A stretch of DNA of 64,000 nt from an uncultured delta proteobacterium (GCA_963695845.1 CAVOIA010000006.1:269645-333644); one strand, 5' to 3'; positions 1 to 10,734 are shown, counted from the stretch's first letter. The notes: generated by a model not told the origin, from the sequence alone. A program made the numbers and translations.

Positions 1-43
1 GTATTGGATCAAACGCCGGCTGGCATAACCTAATAGACAAAAG

Positions 44-1024
44 ATGATGCAAGCGGTTGTTTACACGACATACGGAACTCCGGACGTGCTTCGGGTCAAA
101 GCGGTGGAGAAGCCAAAACCCAAAGCCGACGAAGTCCTGATCAAGGTTCATGCGGCAGAGGCGACCAAGGCCGACTGTGAAATGCGCGGCTTCCACTTCC
201 AGGTCAAGTGGTTTTGGCTGCCCTTGCGGATCGCAATGGGGCTCACCAGGCCAAAGAAGCCCATATTGGGCGGATATTTTGCCGGGGAGGTCGATTCGGT
301 CGGCAAAGCGGTCTCGAGGTTTAAGCGGGGAGATCGGATCTTCGGTGCCGCCAGACTTCGGTTGGGCGCCTACGGCCAGTACGTGTGCCTGCCTGCCCGC
401 TACACACTGGTTCCCAAACCGATCAACATCAGCTTTGAAGAGGCCGCGGCAGTACCGTTGGGGGGGCTGAATGCACTTCACTTTTTGAGAAAAGCGAATG
501 TCAGAAAAGGGGAAGCGGTCCTGATCAACGGTGCCGGCGGTAGCATCGGCCCGTTTGGGGTGCAGATTGCCAAAGCAATGGGCGCCCAGGTGATCGCCGT
601 TGACAGCTCCATCAAGGCGGCGATGCTGCGTCGGATCGGTGCCGATCATTTCATCGACTACACCAGAGAAGACTTCACCCGCAGCGGGCAGACCTATGAC
701 GTGATTTTGGACATGGTTGCCAACAGTTCCTACGCCGGATGCGTTGGCGCGCTCAAGCCCAAGGGGCGGTATCTGATGGCCAACCCGCGCATGGTTGACA
801 TGGCCAGGTCGGTCCTGACGTCACGGTTCACCGACAAGACGGCCATCTTTGCGTTCGCCGGGGAAAAGGAGGAAGAGCTGCTCACCCTCAAGAATATGAT
901 CGAGGCGGGAATCATCCAACCCGTCGTCGATAGAATCTATCCAATGGAACAGGCCGCCCACGCCCATCGCAGAGTAGAGACCGAACAGCGTTTGGGTCCC
1001 GTGGTCATCTCCATGTCCCGGTAG
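44..1024 (+). CDS. NADPH:quinone oxidoreductase / Zn-dependent alcohol dehydrogenase family (MDR superfamily) protein
   Basis: 326-aa ORF. It has a GroES-like N-terminus (YGTPDVLRVKAVEKPKPKADEVLIKVHAAE) and a Rossmann nucleotide-binding motif LINGAGGSIG, both typical of quinone-reductase-type MDR enzymes. Confidence 0.8.
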   Translation: MMQAVVYTTYGTPDVLRVKAVEKPKPKADEVLIKVHAAEATKADCEMRGFHFQVKWFWLPLRIAMGLTRPKKPILGGYFAGEVDSVGKAVSRFKRGDRIFGAARLRLGAYGQYVCLPARYTLVPKPINISFEEAAAVPLGGLNALHFLRKANVRKGEAVLINGAGGSIGPFGVQIAKAMGAQVIAVDSSIKAAMLRRIGADHFIDYTREDFTRSGQTYDVILDMVANSSYAGCVGALKPKGRYLMANPRMVDMARSVLTSRFTDKTAIFAFAGEKEEELLTLKNMIEAGIIQPVVDRIYPMEQAAHAHRRVETEQRLGPVVISMSR

Positions 1025-1061
1025 GTGGCCCCTCACGGTTTAAACCGGCACCCACGCGCGC

Positions 1062-2573
1062 TCACGCCACCCAGTCAAAGGTCCGCTGAACGGCCTTTTT
1101 CCATCCCTGAATGCCCGCCTGGCGAAGCGCATCATCCATCTGCGGGTGCCAGGTCCGGTCCACCGACCAGTATTGCTTGAGCGCTTCCATCGAATCCCAG
1201 AAATCCACCGCCAGGCCGGCGGCATAGGCCGCGCCCAGGGCCGTGGTCTCTGTGATGGTCGGCCGGATGACCGGCACCTTGAGCAGGTCGGCCTGAAACT
1301 GCATCAGCAGCTCGTTGGTCACCATGCCGCCGTCCACCTTGAGGCTGTTGAGCGCCACCCCCGAATCCGTTTGCATGGCCTCCATGATGTCCAAGGTCTG
1401 GTAGGCGTTGGCCTCCAGAACGGCCCGGGCCAGGTGGCCCTTGTTGACGTAGCGCGTCAGGCCGGCAATGACGCCGCGCGCATCGGAGCGCCAGTAAGGG
1501 GCGAACAGGCCCGAAAAGGCCGGCACGATGTAGGCGCCGCCGTTGTCGTCGACCGTCCTGGCCAGCGCTTCCACCTCCGCCGCGGTGGCGATCAGACCCA
1601 GGTTGTCGCGCAGCCACTGCACCAGGGCCCCGGCAACGGCGATCGACCCCTCTAAACAGTAGACCGGCTTTTGGCCGCTGATCTGATAGGCGACCGTCGT
1701 CAGCAGACCCTGGGTGGACGCGACCGGCGTCGTGCCGGTGTTCAGCAGCATGAAGCACCCGGTGCCGTAGGTATTTTTGGCTTCGCCGACCGCAAAGCAG
1801 GTCTGGCCCACCAGAGCAGCCTGCTGGTCTCCCAGGGCGCCGCAGACCGGCACAGTGGCCCCCAAGGGACCGTCTTTCAGGGTGTGCCCCCAGGTATTTT
1901 TGTCGATGGAGGGAACGATGCGCGGCAGCATCTGACGGGGAATGCCCATGATGCGGCAAATTTCGTCATCCCACTGCAAGGCGTCCAGATCCATCAGCAG
2001 CGTGCGCGAGGCGTTGGTCACATCGCTGACGTGCGCGCCGCCGGCAACGCCGCCGGTAAGCTGCCAGATGATCCAGGTTTCGATCGTGCCGAAAAGGGCC
2101 AGGCCCCTGTCCGCCGCGGCCTTGGCCTCGGGGATATTGTCCAGGATCCACTTGACCTTGGGCCCGGAGAAATAGGTGGCGATCGGCAATCCGGTCGTGG
2201 CCCGGAAGCGGTCCTGACCGCCCTCTTGGGCCAGGGCCTGGCAGATCCGGTCGGTGCGGGTGCACTGCCAGACGATTGCATTGCACAGTGGTTTGCCGGT
2301 TTGCCGATGCCAGACCACGGCCGTTTCACGCTGGTTGGTAATACCGATGGCGGCCATCTGTCTGCCCGTGATCCCAACTTTTCCCATGGCGCCCTTGATG
2401 ACCCGGCCGGCGTTTTCCCAGATCTCCACCGGATCGTGCTCCACCCATCCCGGCCGCGGAAAGATTTGAGCGTGCTCGATCTGGTCGACTCCGGCAATCT
2501 GTCCCTGATGGTCGAAAATGATGAATCGGTTGCTGGTGGTGCCCAGATCCAAGGCGCCGATATAGCCGTCCAT
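1062..2573 (-). CDS. glpK: glycerol kinase
   Basis: Full-length FGGY-kinase similarity ([21 protein letters not shown]..., [11 protein letters not shown], ...[12 protein letters not shown]). I place the start at ATG 2573, which follows GGAGCG; the ORF track begins 11 codons earlier at 2606. Confidence 0.95.
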   Translation of the reverse strand: MDGYIGALDLGTTSNRFIIFDHQGQIAGVDQIEHAQIFPRPGWVEHDPVEIWENAGRVIKGAMGKVGITGRQMAAIGITNQRETAVVWHRQTGKPLCNAIVWQCTRTDRICQALAQEGGQDRFRATTGLPIATYFSGPKVKWILDNIPEAKAAADRGLALFGTIETWIIWQLTGGVAGGAHVSDVTNASRTLLMDLDALQWDDEICRIMGIPRQMLPRIVPSIDKNTWGHTLKDGPLGATVPVCGALGDQQAALVGQTCFAVGEAKNTYGTGCFMLLNTGTTPVASTQGLLTTVAYQISGQKPVYCLEGSIAVAGALVQWLRDNLGLIATAAEVEALARTVDDNGGAYIVPAFSGLFAPYWRSDARGVIAGLTRYVNKGHLARAVLEANAYQTLDIMEAMQTDSGVALNSLKVDGGMVTNELLMQFQADLLKVPVIRPTITETTALGAAYAAGLAVDFWDSMEALKQYWSVDRTWHPQMDDALRQAGIQGWKKAVQRTFDWVA

Positions 2574-2666
2574 GTGTCGCTCCTTTCCCGAAGATGGCAC
2601 TTTCATTGATACAGAAACAACCTATCGCTTTTTGGAATTTCGGGCAACCGGATACGGGTCGGGCTG

Positions 2667-3959
2667 CTAACCGTTGAGTCTTTCCAGCACGGCTTCGATG
2701 GCCCCATAGGCCGTGGCAACGGCCAGGCCGGTGCCGCTTTTGGTGCGCACCCAGTCCTGGTGGGCCAAAATGGTGCCGGCCGCAAACAGGTTCGCGTCGA
2801 TCAACCGGCCGGCGGGCGTTACCGGCCGGAAACGATCATCCACCTCGAGACCGGCCAGGTTGATGGCGTGTCCCCGGGGGTCCAGAAAGGACTCCCGGTG
2901 CCAACAGCCGCGGTTGTCCGGTTGCCGGACCGGCAGGTCAAGGAGGGGTTCACGGATGCCGCGCCGATCGGCCACCAGCCCTTTTCCCAGAAACCGGCCG
3001 GTCGCCAGCAGCACGGCCTCCGCCACAATGGTGGTGTCCGGTGTGGTTTGGCCGATTTCAACGCTGAAACGGCCGTCGGCACGGCGCCGGACGGTGCTGA
3101 CCGTGTGATGAAAAAAGGTCTTGATCCCCAAGCGGGGCAGGTGCGTATCGAAGCTCTCCTTGAGGCGCACCCCGGCAACCGCGGGCGGCATGGTGGGAAT
3201 CTCGAAAACGGGACAACCAAGCCGGTTTTCGAGCTCTTTGCAGGCGCCGGCCGGGTCCTGCATGCCTAAAATTGCCGGCAGTCCCACAACCGTCGCCGCG
3301 CCCAGATGGGGCGCGATGGCGTCGGCCAGTTCCCGGCGCGCGGCCGCCACATCCAGCCCTCGGGCCATGTGCTCGGCATATTTGGGTCCCAGGCCCTTCC
3401 CGCGGGGCAGGTCGATGGTGGCCGCCGTCAGGTTGGGCCAGCCCGGCGCGAGGGTACCGACCATCTGGCGGGCGCTGAATCCGCGCAGGCCCCAAATATC
3501 GACAATCAGACCGGCAGCCTTTTCTTCCAGGGCCCGCACGCCGGCCCACATGGTCGCCGGCACCCGGAACGTGCGCTTGATCGACCCGATGGAGGTGATC
3601 AGGCGGGCGTTTCGGTCGGGATAGCCCATGTAGGGGTGGCCGATGTCGCCCATGAAGGTCGTCAACTGGTCCATGGCCGTGCGGATCTGGTCGATGGACA
3701 AGCGCGAAAACGGGTGTTCGGGGTGGTCCTGTATGAGCTGACGCAGCCCCTGCCACGGGTCGTCGACCGGCATCCGGTCGCGGCTGTGGGCGACCCCGTA
3801 AAGATCGAACAGGCCGCTGGCATACAGCGTCTCTCCGGTGCGCCCGACCTGGACGGTGCCGATGCCGCGCCGGGCCGCGAAAAGCGCCGCCGCCACACCG
3901 GCCATACCGGCACCGATGATCAACAGTTGGCATGAATGGGCGGGATGGTCGGTTTTCAT
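2667..3959 (-). CDS. glpB: anaerobic glycerol-3-phosphate dehydrogenase subunit B
   Basis: 430 aa with an N-terminal FAD-binding GxGxxG (LLIIGAGMAGVAAALFAARRG). It lies directly downstream of glpA and upstream of glpK on the same strand. Confidence 0.85.
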   Translation of the reverse strand: MKTDHPAHSCQLLIIGAGMAGVAAALFAARRGIGTVQVGRTGETLYASGLFDLYGVAHSRDRMPVDDPWQGLRQLIQDHPEHPFSRLSIDQIRTAMDQLTTFMGDIGHPYMGYPDRNARLITSIGSIKRTFRVPATMWAGVRALEEKAAGLIVDIWGLRGFSARQMVGTLAPGWPNLTAATIDLPRGKGLGPKYAEHMARGLDVAAARRELADAIAPHLGAATVVGLPAILGMQDPAGACKELENRLGCPVFEIPTMPPAVAGVRLKESFDTHLPRLGIKTFFHHTVSTVRRRADGRFSVEIGQTTPDTTIVAEAVLLATGRFLGKGLVADRRGIREPLLDLPVRQPDNRGCWHRESFLDPRGHAINLAGLEVDDRFRPVTPAGRLIDANLFAAGTILAHQDWVRTKSGTGLAVATAYGAIEAVLERLNG

Positions 3960-4020
3960 CTATCTCCTGGCCCTGCCCCAAGGAAGGGGTAACGACATGG
4001 CATATTTGCCAACCGAACCG

Positions 4021-5586
4021 TTAAACCGGTTCGTCGACCTCGAGATTCAACAAGCCACAATGCAGGGCCTCTTGCAGTTCGGCCTGGGCCACGGCGGAAC
4101 CCCACAGCAAGGGTTGAATCCCGCGCCAGCGTTCGTTGAGAAAATCCTTGAGTTCGGTGACGCCCTGCCTGTCTTTGAGCATACCCTGGTTGTAAAGGTG
4201 AGCCGTCATACGCAGGCTGCAAAAGGCACCCTGGCAGGGTCCCTTGCCTACCCGGCTGCGCTGGCCCATCTCGCGCAACCCCGGTCGAAAACCGTTGTCG
4301 CTCAAGGATGACGCAATCTCATCGAAGACGCTGGTGGGCACCATCTCGCACTCGCACAGCAACAGGTCCGACGGGTCCTTTTTTCGGAACCACATTTTGG
4401 GCGTGAAGCCCGGCTCGGTGTAGCGGGCGCCCTCGGAGGCGGGCAGCGGCTCATGGGCGGTGCGGCAGTCACGGGTGAGCCCCAGCCGCTGACAGACCAG
4501 ATCGGCGGTCTTTTCGGCCATGAGGCGATAGGTGGTCAGCTTGCCGCCGGTGATGGAGATAAAGTTGTCCAGGCCGTCGGCATCGTGATCCAGCAGCGAG
4601 AATCCGCGGCTGACCGCCCGGTCGTCGACACCGCTTCCGGATTTCACCAATGGGCGCACACCGGCATAGGCACGGATGTAACGGGTGTCGGCCAGCTGGG
4701 GAACCATGGCCATGCCGTCGTCGACCATGGCATCGATCTCAGCCGTGGTCGGACGGTAGTTGTCCGGGGCGTCGATCCGTTTGGAGGTGGTGCCGAAAAT
4801 CGAGACGGTTCCGGCCGGCACCAGGATGTCGGCATCGGCCGCCATGCGCAGCCGGTTGAGCACCCGTTCACCCAGTCGCATCTGGCAGACGATCAAGGTG
4901 CCCTGGGAGTAGACCATGTCGATGCGTGCACCGGCCAAGGCCGCCACCGCCCCGGCCCAGGCGCCGCTGGCATTGACGATCTGATCGGCGTGAACAAGGC
5001 GCTCACCGCCGCTCCGCCGGTCCAGGAGCCTTACGGCGGTGATTCGCCGCCCGCACGTTTCAAAGTCGACCACCTCGTGATGCAACAGGTGTGTGGCACC
5101 CAGCGTGCCGGCCTGGGTCAGATTGTCCAGCGACAGTTTGAACGGGTCGATAGAGGCATCGTCGACCGCGAAGGCCGCGATGACATCTTTGGAAAGGCAG
5201 GGCTCCATCTCCATAGCCGCCTTGGGGTCGATGGGGGTTGCGGCGATACCGCATTTGGCGCAGCGGGAGGCGAAATCGGCAATGTAATCCTCGTCATCAC
5301 CGCGCACGGCCACGAAAAGTCCGCCGGTGTCTTCCACACACTGCGGGGCCAGGCGCTTGATGATCGCGCCTTCGGCGCGGCACTCCCGTGCGGCGGCCGG
5401 GTCCGAGGCGATATAGCGCGCGCCGCTGTGCAGCAGACCGTGATTGCCCCCCGAGGCACCGGCGTTGACATCCTGCTTTTCCACCAGGATACAGTCGACC
5501 CCGCGCAGGGCCAGGTCACGGATCAAACCCGTCCCGGTGGCACCGCCGCCGATGATCAGTACCTGGGTCGTCAAGGCTGCCTGCAT
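4021..5586 (-). CDS. glpA: anaerobic glycerol-3-phosphate dehydrogenase subunit A
   Basis: FAD motif IIGGGATGTGLIRDLALRG and NHGLLHSGARY, plus a C-terminal BFD-like Cys cluster (CECEMVP...GPCQGAFC). The start is set at ATG 5586 (MQAALTTQ), which is preceded by GGAGGG; the ORF track start is 5658. Confidence 0.9.
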   Translation of the reverse strand: MQAALTTQVLIIGGGATGTGLIRDLALRGVDCILVEKQDVNAGASGGNHGLLHSGARYIASDPAAARECRAEGAIIKRLAPQCVEDTGGLFVAVRGDDEDYIADFASRCAKCGIAATPIDPKAAMEMEPCLSKDVIAAFAVDDASIDPFKLSLDNLTQAGTLGATHLLHHEVVDFETCGRRITAVRLLDRRSGGERLVHADQIVNASGAWAGAVAALAGARIDMVYSQGTLIVCQMRLGERVLNRLRMAADADILVPAGTVSIFGTTSKRIDAPDNYRPTTAEIDAMVDDGMAMVPQLADTRYIRAYAGVRPLVKSGSGVDDRAVSRGFSLLDHDADGLDNFISITGGKLTTYRLMAEKTADLVCQRLGLTRDCRTAHEPLPASEGARYTEPGFTPKMWFRKKDPSDLLLCECEMVPTSVFDEIASSLSDNGFRPGLREMGQRSRVGKGPCQGAFCSLRMTAHLYNQGMLKDRQGVTELKDFLNERWRGIQPLLWGSAVAQAELQEALHCGLLNLEVDEPV

Positions 5587-5759
5587 TTTTTTGCCCTCCG
5601 GCGGCGCCAGTCGCCGTCTCGCGACCCGCGTCACGGCCAAACTGCCGCCCACAAACATGTTTTCGCTTGTGAAAAAATGGCTCTAATGCTATTGTTGAAG
5701 GCCTAAACAATATCTTTCGGATCAAACAATAGCACAAAGATCGGCACTTGTCACCCCAC

Positions 5760-5810
5760 AAATGTTCGTTTGTGTACAAAATTGGGCGTTCGATTTCTTA
5801 AACGAAAACC
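5760..5810. promoter_or_regulatory. candidate GlpR (DeoR-type) operator half-sites in the glpA/glpR divergent spacer
   Basis: ATGTTCG (5762-5768), GCGTTCGAT (5786-5794) and AACGAAAAC (5801-5809) resemble the TGTTCG/CGAACA half-sites of the E. coli GlpR operator. Confidence 0.3.
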
Positions 5811-5840
5811 AAGCGGCCACTCCCCAACGGTTGGGTTTCA

Positions 5841-6659
5841 ATGGCCAACAAAACGGCAATGATCGACAAACCGGAGAAAAAGCGGGCGGCAGGCAAGACG
5901 GCGCCGGTGCACCGGCGCCACGACAAGATCAGACAGATCGTCCAGGCGCAGCGCTTCGTCACCATCGAAACCCTGGCCCAGGCCTGCGCCGTGACCCCCC
6001 AGACCATCCGCCGCGATATCCACGCGCTGACCCGCAAGGGTTGGCTGACCCGCTACCACGGCGGCGTAGCCGCCTCCACATCCACCGAAAACGTGGCCTA
6101 CACCCAGCGCAAGGTGCTCTGTTTTCGTGAAAAACAGAAAATCGCCCACCTGCTGGCCCAGCACATTCCGGACAACGCTTCCCTTTTCATCAACATCGGC
6201 ACGACCACCGAGGCGATTGCGCACGCGCTGGGCAGTCACCAGCGTCTGCGGATCATCACCAACAACTTGAACGTGGCCTCGATCATGAGCGCCAATGAAA
6301 ACTTCGAGGTCATCGTGGCCGGCGGGTTGGTCCGTCATCGCGACCAGGGCATCATCGGCGAGGCCACCATCGACTTCATCAGCCAATTCAAGGTGGATTA
6401 CGGCATCATCGGCATCAGCGGCATCGATGCGGACGGAACCCTGCTCGACTTCGATTATCGCGAAGTCCGCGCGGCCCGCGCCATCATCGACAACGCCCGC
6501 CGCGTCTTTTTGGCGGCCGACCACACCAAGTTCGGACGCAACGCCATGGTCCGTCTGGGCAGCATTGCGGAGATCGACGGCCTGTTCACGGACCGCCCCC
6601 CTCCTGCCGGACTGGCCGAAATCATCGCCGCCGCCGAAGTCGAACTGCACGTTGCCTGA
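5841..6659 (+). CDS. glpR: DeoR-family transcriptional repressor (glycerol-3-phosphate regulon type)
   Basis: DeoR HTH (RHDKIRQIVQAQRFVTIETLAQACAVTPQTIRRDIHALTRKGWLTRYHGG) and a C-terminal sugar-phosphate-binding DeoR domain. It is divergent from glpABK and lies upstream of the ABC importer. Confidence 0.85.
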   Translation: MANKTAMIDKPEKKRAAGKTAPVHRRHDKIRQIVQAQRFVTIETLAQACAVTPQTIRRDIHALTRKGWLTRYHGGVAASTSTENVAYTQRKVLCFREKQKIAHLLAQHIPDNASLFINIGTTTEAIAHALGSHQRLRIITNNLNVASIMSANENFEVIVAGGLVRHRDQGIIGEATIDFISQFKVDYGIIGISGIDADGTLLDFDYREVRAARAIIDNARRVFLAADHTKFGRNAMVRLGSIAEIDGLFTDRPPPAGLAEIIAAAEVELHVA

Positions 6660-6667
6660 GGTTCTGG

Positions 6668-6736
6668 ATTTTCGTTTTCGAAATTTTAGCGCTTCGTATT
6701 CACGTTAGTTGACGATCAATTTTCACTTGAGAAAAT
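6668..6736 (+). promoter_or_regulatory. candidate operator repeats and sigma70-like promoter of the ABC importer operon
   Basis: There are clustered TTCG/CGAA motifs, including the palindrome TTTCGAAA (6668-6700). These are followed by TTGACG (6709-6714), a 16-nt spacer and GAAAAT (6731-6736). Confidence 0.3.
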
Positions 6737-6818
6737 CACTTCGACCTGTTAGGGTAGGGTCAGCGATGCACCGGTTCGCTTTCATTTCTGACCCCAGCCA
6801 CATATCGGAGTCCGCACG

Positions 6819-7931
6819 ATGGGTTTGACGCTCCAGAACGTCAACAAGGTGGTGGACGGAAAGATGCACCTTCGGCAGATCGATCTCGTTTTTGAAACGG
6901 GATCGCGCAACGTGTTGCTGGGCCGAACCCTGGCCGGCAAGACATCCTTGCTGCGCATCATGGCCGGACTGGACCGGCCCACCCACGGAAAAATAATGGT
7001 CGACGGCCGCGACGTGACCGGCGTGTCAGCCCGAAAACGGAACGTCGCCATGGTCTACCAGCAGTTTATCAATTACCCCTCCATGACGGTGTACGACAAC
7101 ATCGCTTCGCCCCTGAAAGTCGCCGGCACGCCCAAACAAAAGATTGATCGACTGGTGCGCGAAACGGCCGAGATGCTGCACCTGGAAGAGATGCTGGGCC
7201 GCATGCCCGCCGAACTGTCCGGCGGCCAGCAGCAGCGCACCGCCATTGCCCGGGCGCTGGTCAAGGACGCACAGCTCCTTTTGCTGGACGAGCCCCTGGT
7301 CAACCTGGACTACAAGCTGCGTGAGGAGCTGCGGGTGGAGCTCCAGGATATTTTCCGCAAGCGTTCGGCCATCGTTGTCTACACGACCACCGAGCCTGCC
7401 GAGGCCCTCATGCTGGGGGGCAACGTGGTCGTCCTCGATGAGGGGGCCGTGTTGCAGACCGGTTCCACCCCCGCAGTCTACCAACGACCCGAAACCCTCA
7501 GGGTTGCCGAGGTGTTCAGCGACCCGCCCATCAACGCCATAGACAGCACGGTCAGTGCCGGGAGCGCCGTCATGGGAAAAGAGATACCGGTCCCCATGAC
7601 CGGTCAACTGGCCGATCTTGCCGACGGATCGTACCGCTTCGCCTTTCGATCCAACCACCTGTGGCTGAACCGCCGAACGGAGAGCGACATCGCCATTGCC
7701 GGCAGAGTGGAACTGTCCGAAATCAACGGATCGGAAACCTTTGTCTACGTAAAGCACGGCAACAGCGCCATTGTGCTTCAGCAAGAGGGCATCCACCCGG
7801 TTGCCATGGGCAGCCCCATCACCGTCTTCATCAACCCTGAACACCTGTTCGCCTATGACACCACCGGCCGGCTGGTGGCCGCACCCGCGACCGCCGGGCA
7901 GTCCGGGCGGCCATCTACCGGGAGATCCTGA
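6819..7931 (+). CDS. ABC transporter ATP-binding protein (sugar/glycerol importer, MalK/UgpC-like)
   Basis: Walker A GRTLAGKTS, ABC signature LSGGQQQR and Walker B LLLLDEP, with a C-terminal regulatory (TOBE-like) extension. Confidence 0.9.
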   Translation: MGLTLQNVNKVVDGKMHLRQIDLVFETGSRNVLLGRTLAGKTSLLRIMAGLDRPTHGKIMVDGRDVTGVSARKRNVAMVYQQFINYPSMTVYDNIASPLKVAGTPKQKIDRLVRETAEMLHLEEMLGRMPAELSGGQQQRTAIARALVKDAQLLLLDEPLVNLDYKLREELRVELQDIFRKRSAIVVYTTTEPAEALMLGGNVVVLDEGAVLQTGSTPAVYQRPETLRVAEVFSDPPINAIDSTVSAGSAVMGKEIPVPMTGQLADLADGSYRFAFRSNHLWLNRRTESDIAIAGRVELSEINGSETFVYVKHGNSAIVLQQEGIHPVAMGSPITVFINPEHLFAYDTTGRLVAAPATAGQSGRPSTGRS

Positions 7932-9017
7932 ATGGCGCGCATAGAATTCGATCACATCGCCCATTCCTATTACAGCAATCCTAGTACGACAGCGGACTAC
8001 GCCCTCAAGGAAATCAATGCCGTCTGGGAGGACGGCGGCGCCTATGCCCTGCTCGGACCGTCGGGCTGCGGCAAAACCACCCTGCTCAACGTGATATCGG
8101 GACTGCTGACACCGAGCCGGGGACGGGTGCTTTATGACGGTGCCGACGTGACCGCAATGCCACCGGAAAAACGCAACATCGCGCAGGTATTTCAGTTTCC
8201 GGTGCTTTACGACACTATGACGGTGTTCGACAACCTGGCCTTTCCGCTGAGAAACCGGGGGTTCAACAAGACGGACACCACCAGACGGGTCAGGGAGGTG
8301 GCCGAGATTCTGGAATTGACGCCCGACCTTAACAAAAAAGCCGCCGGCCTGAGCGCCGACGCCAAGCAGAAGATCTCATTGGGACGCGGCCTGGTTCGCA
8401 GCGACGTGGCCGCCGTGCTCTTCGACGAACCCCTGACCGTCATCGACCCCCACCTGAAGTGGCATTTGCGGCGCAAGCTCAAGGAAATCCACGAACAGTT
8501 GCAACTGACCCTGATCTATGTCACCCACGACCAGGTGGAAGCATTGACCTTCGCCGATCAGGTCATCTTGATGTACGCGGGTGAAATCGTTCAGATCGGC
8601 ACGCCGGAAGCACTCTTCGAGAATCCCCGGCATAAATTCGTGGGTTATTTTATCGGCAGCCCGGGAATGAATTTTCTGCCCTGCCGGATAGAAGGACAAA
8701 CGGCCCGGGTCGATGGTGCCTCGATCGCCTTGACCCCGGAGGCGGCCGCCCGGGCGGCCAACGCGGTCGGCACGCTGGAGCTGGGTATCCGCCCCATGCA
8801 CCTGAAGGTCCATGGATCGGCGGTTGCCAGCGGCGTGCCGGTCACACTCAAAACGGTCGAAGATCAGGGCAGCTTCAAAATTCTGACCGCCACACTCAAC
8901 GGGCACATCCTGAAAGCGCGCGTGCCCGAGGGGCACCCGATTCCGGACGGCCCGATATGGCTGGCCTTTCCACCGGAACGCATCCGCCTGTTTGCCGACG
9001 AGCGGCTGGTCACCTAG
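7932..9017 (+). CDS. ABC transporter ATP-binding protein (second ATPase of the same importer)
   Basis: Walker A GPSGCGKTT and Walker B VLFDEP. The signature is degenerate (LSADAKQK), which suggests an asymmetric heterodimer with the preceding ATPase. The start abuts the upstream stop (TGAATG). Confidence 0.9.
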   Translation: MARIEFDHIAHSYYSNPSTTADYALKEINAVWEDGGAYALLGPSGCGKTTLLNVISGLLTPSRGRVLYDGADVTAMPPEKRNIAQVFQFPVLYDTMTVFDNLAFPLRNRGFNKTDTTRRVREVAEILELTPDLNKKAAGLSADAKQKISLGRGLVRSDVAAVLFDEPLTVIDPHLKWHLRRKLKEIHEQLQLTLIYVTHDQVEALTFADQVILMYAGEIVQIGTPEALFENPRHKFVGYFIGSPGMNFLPCRIEGQTARVDGASIALTPEAAARAANAVGTLELGIRPMHLKVHGSAVASGVPVTLKTVEDQGSFKILTATLNGHILKARVPEGHPIPDGPIWLAFPPERIRLFADERLVT

Positions 9018-9036
9018 TTTCCAAGCGGAGGACGTC

Positions 9037-9921
9037 ATGGATAAGTGGGCCGACAACCGGGCCTGGTTTTTGGTGCTGCCGGTATTTGTCGTCGTGGCCT
9101 TCAGCGCCATCATACCGCTGATGACCGTGGTCAATTACTCGATTCAGGACATCTTCGGTCCCGGCAACGCCGTTTTCGTCGGCACGGAGTGGTTCGAGGA
9201 GATGCTGACCGACAGTCGCCTCCACGACGCCTTGATGCGCCAGTTCCTCTTTTCGGGCCTGGTCCTGCTGATCGAAATTCCCCTGGGCATCCTCATTGCG
9301 CTGGCCATGCCCAAAAAGGGATGGGGCGTTTCCGCCAGCCTGGTGACCCTGGCCATTCCGCTGCTGATTCCCTGGAATGTGATCGGCACCATATGGATCA
9401 TCTTTACCCGGCCGGACATCGGCCTGTTCGGCGTCGGAATCAACAGCCTGGGGATCCTCGACGTTCCATTTGACCACACCGCCCGCCCCTCCTACGCCTG
9501 GGTCACCCTGATGGCCATGGAGGTGTGGCACTGGACGCCCCTGGTGGCCCTGCTTTGCTATGCCGGGCTGCGCGCCATCCCGGAGGCCTATTTCCAGGCC
9601 GCCCGCATCGACGGGGCCTCGTCCTGGGCGGTGTTCCGCTATATCCAACTGCCCAAAATGCGCGGTGTCCTTACCATCGCGGTCCTGCTGCGCTGGATGG
9701 ACAGCTTTCTCATCTACGCCGAGCCCTTCGCGCTGACCGGCGGCGGACCGGGCAACTCGACCACGTTTTTGTCGATCTATCTGGTCAAGCTGGCCACCGG
9801 CCAGTTTGATCTGGGGCCGGCTGCGGCCTTTTCACTGATCTATTTTCTGATCGTCCTGCTGTTCAGCTTCATCTTCTACCAGACCCTCCTGCACGTCGGC
9901 AAAGGAGAAAAAATATCATGA
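9037..9921 (+). CDS. ABC transporter permease
   Basis: Polytopic membrane protein of the binding-protein-dependent transport family. I chose ATG 9037, which follows GGAGG; the ORF track start is 8992. Confidence 0.9.
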   Translation: MDKWADNRAWFLVLPVFVVVAFSAIIPLMTVVNYSIQDIFGPGNAVFVGTEWFEEMLTDSRLHDALMRQFLFSGLVLLIEIPLGILIALAMPKKGWGVSASLVTLAIPLLIPWNVIGTIWIIFTRPDIGLFGVGINSLGILDVPFDHTARPSYAWVTLMAMEVWHWTPLVALLCYAGLRAIPEAYFQAARIDGASSWAVFRYIQLPKMRGVLTIAVLLRWMDSFLIYAEPFALTGGGPGNSTTFLSIYLVKLATGQFDLGPAAAFSLIYFLIVLLFSFIFYQTLLHVGKGEKIS

Positions 9922-10721
9922 GAATCAAAAAGCGAACCGCTGCCCTTCTATTCTATTTCCTGGTGCTGGTGATCCCCATCTACTGGATGCTCAACATGTC
10001 CCTGCGCAGCAATGCCGACATCCTCAACTCCTTCTCTTTGTATCCTGCCGACATCACATTTAAAAATTACATCAAGGTCTTCACGGACCCGACCTGGTAT
10101 TCGGGATACATCAATGCCATGATCTACGTGAGCATGAACACGGTCATGTCGCTGGCCTTTGCGCTGCCGGCCGCCTACGCCTTTTCACGCTTCAGCTTCC
10201 TGGGCGACGGACAGATGTTTTTCTGGCTGCTGACCAACCGCATGGCGCCACCGGCGGTTTTCCTGCTGCCCTATTTTCAGTTGTACTCCACCGTGAATCT
10301 GATCGACACCCACATTGCCGTCGCCTTGGCGCACGCCCTGTTCAACGTTCCACTGGCCGTGTGGATCCTGGAAGGGTTCATGTCCGGTATACCCAAGGAG
10401 ATCGACGAAACGGCATTTATCGACGGTTACAGTTTTCCGCGCTTTTTCATCACCATCTTTATCCCGCTGATCCGGGCGGGCGTCGGCGTGACGGCGTTCT
10501 TCTGTTTCATGTTCAGCTGGGTCGAGCTGCTGTTTGCACGCACCCTGACGGTCACCGAAGCCAAGCCGATCGTCGCCACCATGACCCGTACCATCAGCGC
10601 CACCGGTCTGGACTGGGGCCTGCTGGCCGCCAACGGCATTCTGACCATCGTTCCGGGGGCTTTGGTCATCTGGTTCGTGCGCAATCACCTGGCCAAGGGG
10701 TTTGCCCTGGGCCGCGTCTGA
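9918..10721 (+). CDS. ABC transporter permease
   Basis: 267-aa polytopic membrane protein. It overlaps the upstream permease by 4 nt. Confidence 0.9.
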   Translation: MRIKKRTAALLFYFLVLVIPIYWMLNMSLRSNADILNSFSLYPADITFKNYIKVFTDPTWYSGYINAMIYVSMNTVMSLAFALPAAYAFSRFSFLGDGQMFFWLLTNRMAPPAVFLLPYFQLYSTVNLIDTHIAVALAHALFNVPLAVWILEGFMSGIPKEIDETAFIDGYSFPRFFITIFIPLIRAGVGVTAFFCFMFSWVELLFARTLTVTEAKPIVATMTRTISATGLDWGLLAANGILTIVPGALVIWFVRNHLAKGFALGRV

Positions 10722-10734
10722 AAAAGGAGGTCGC

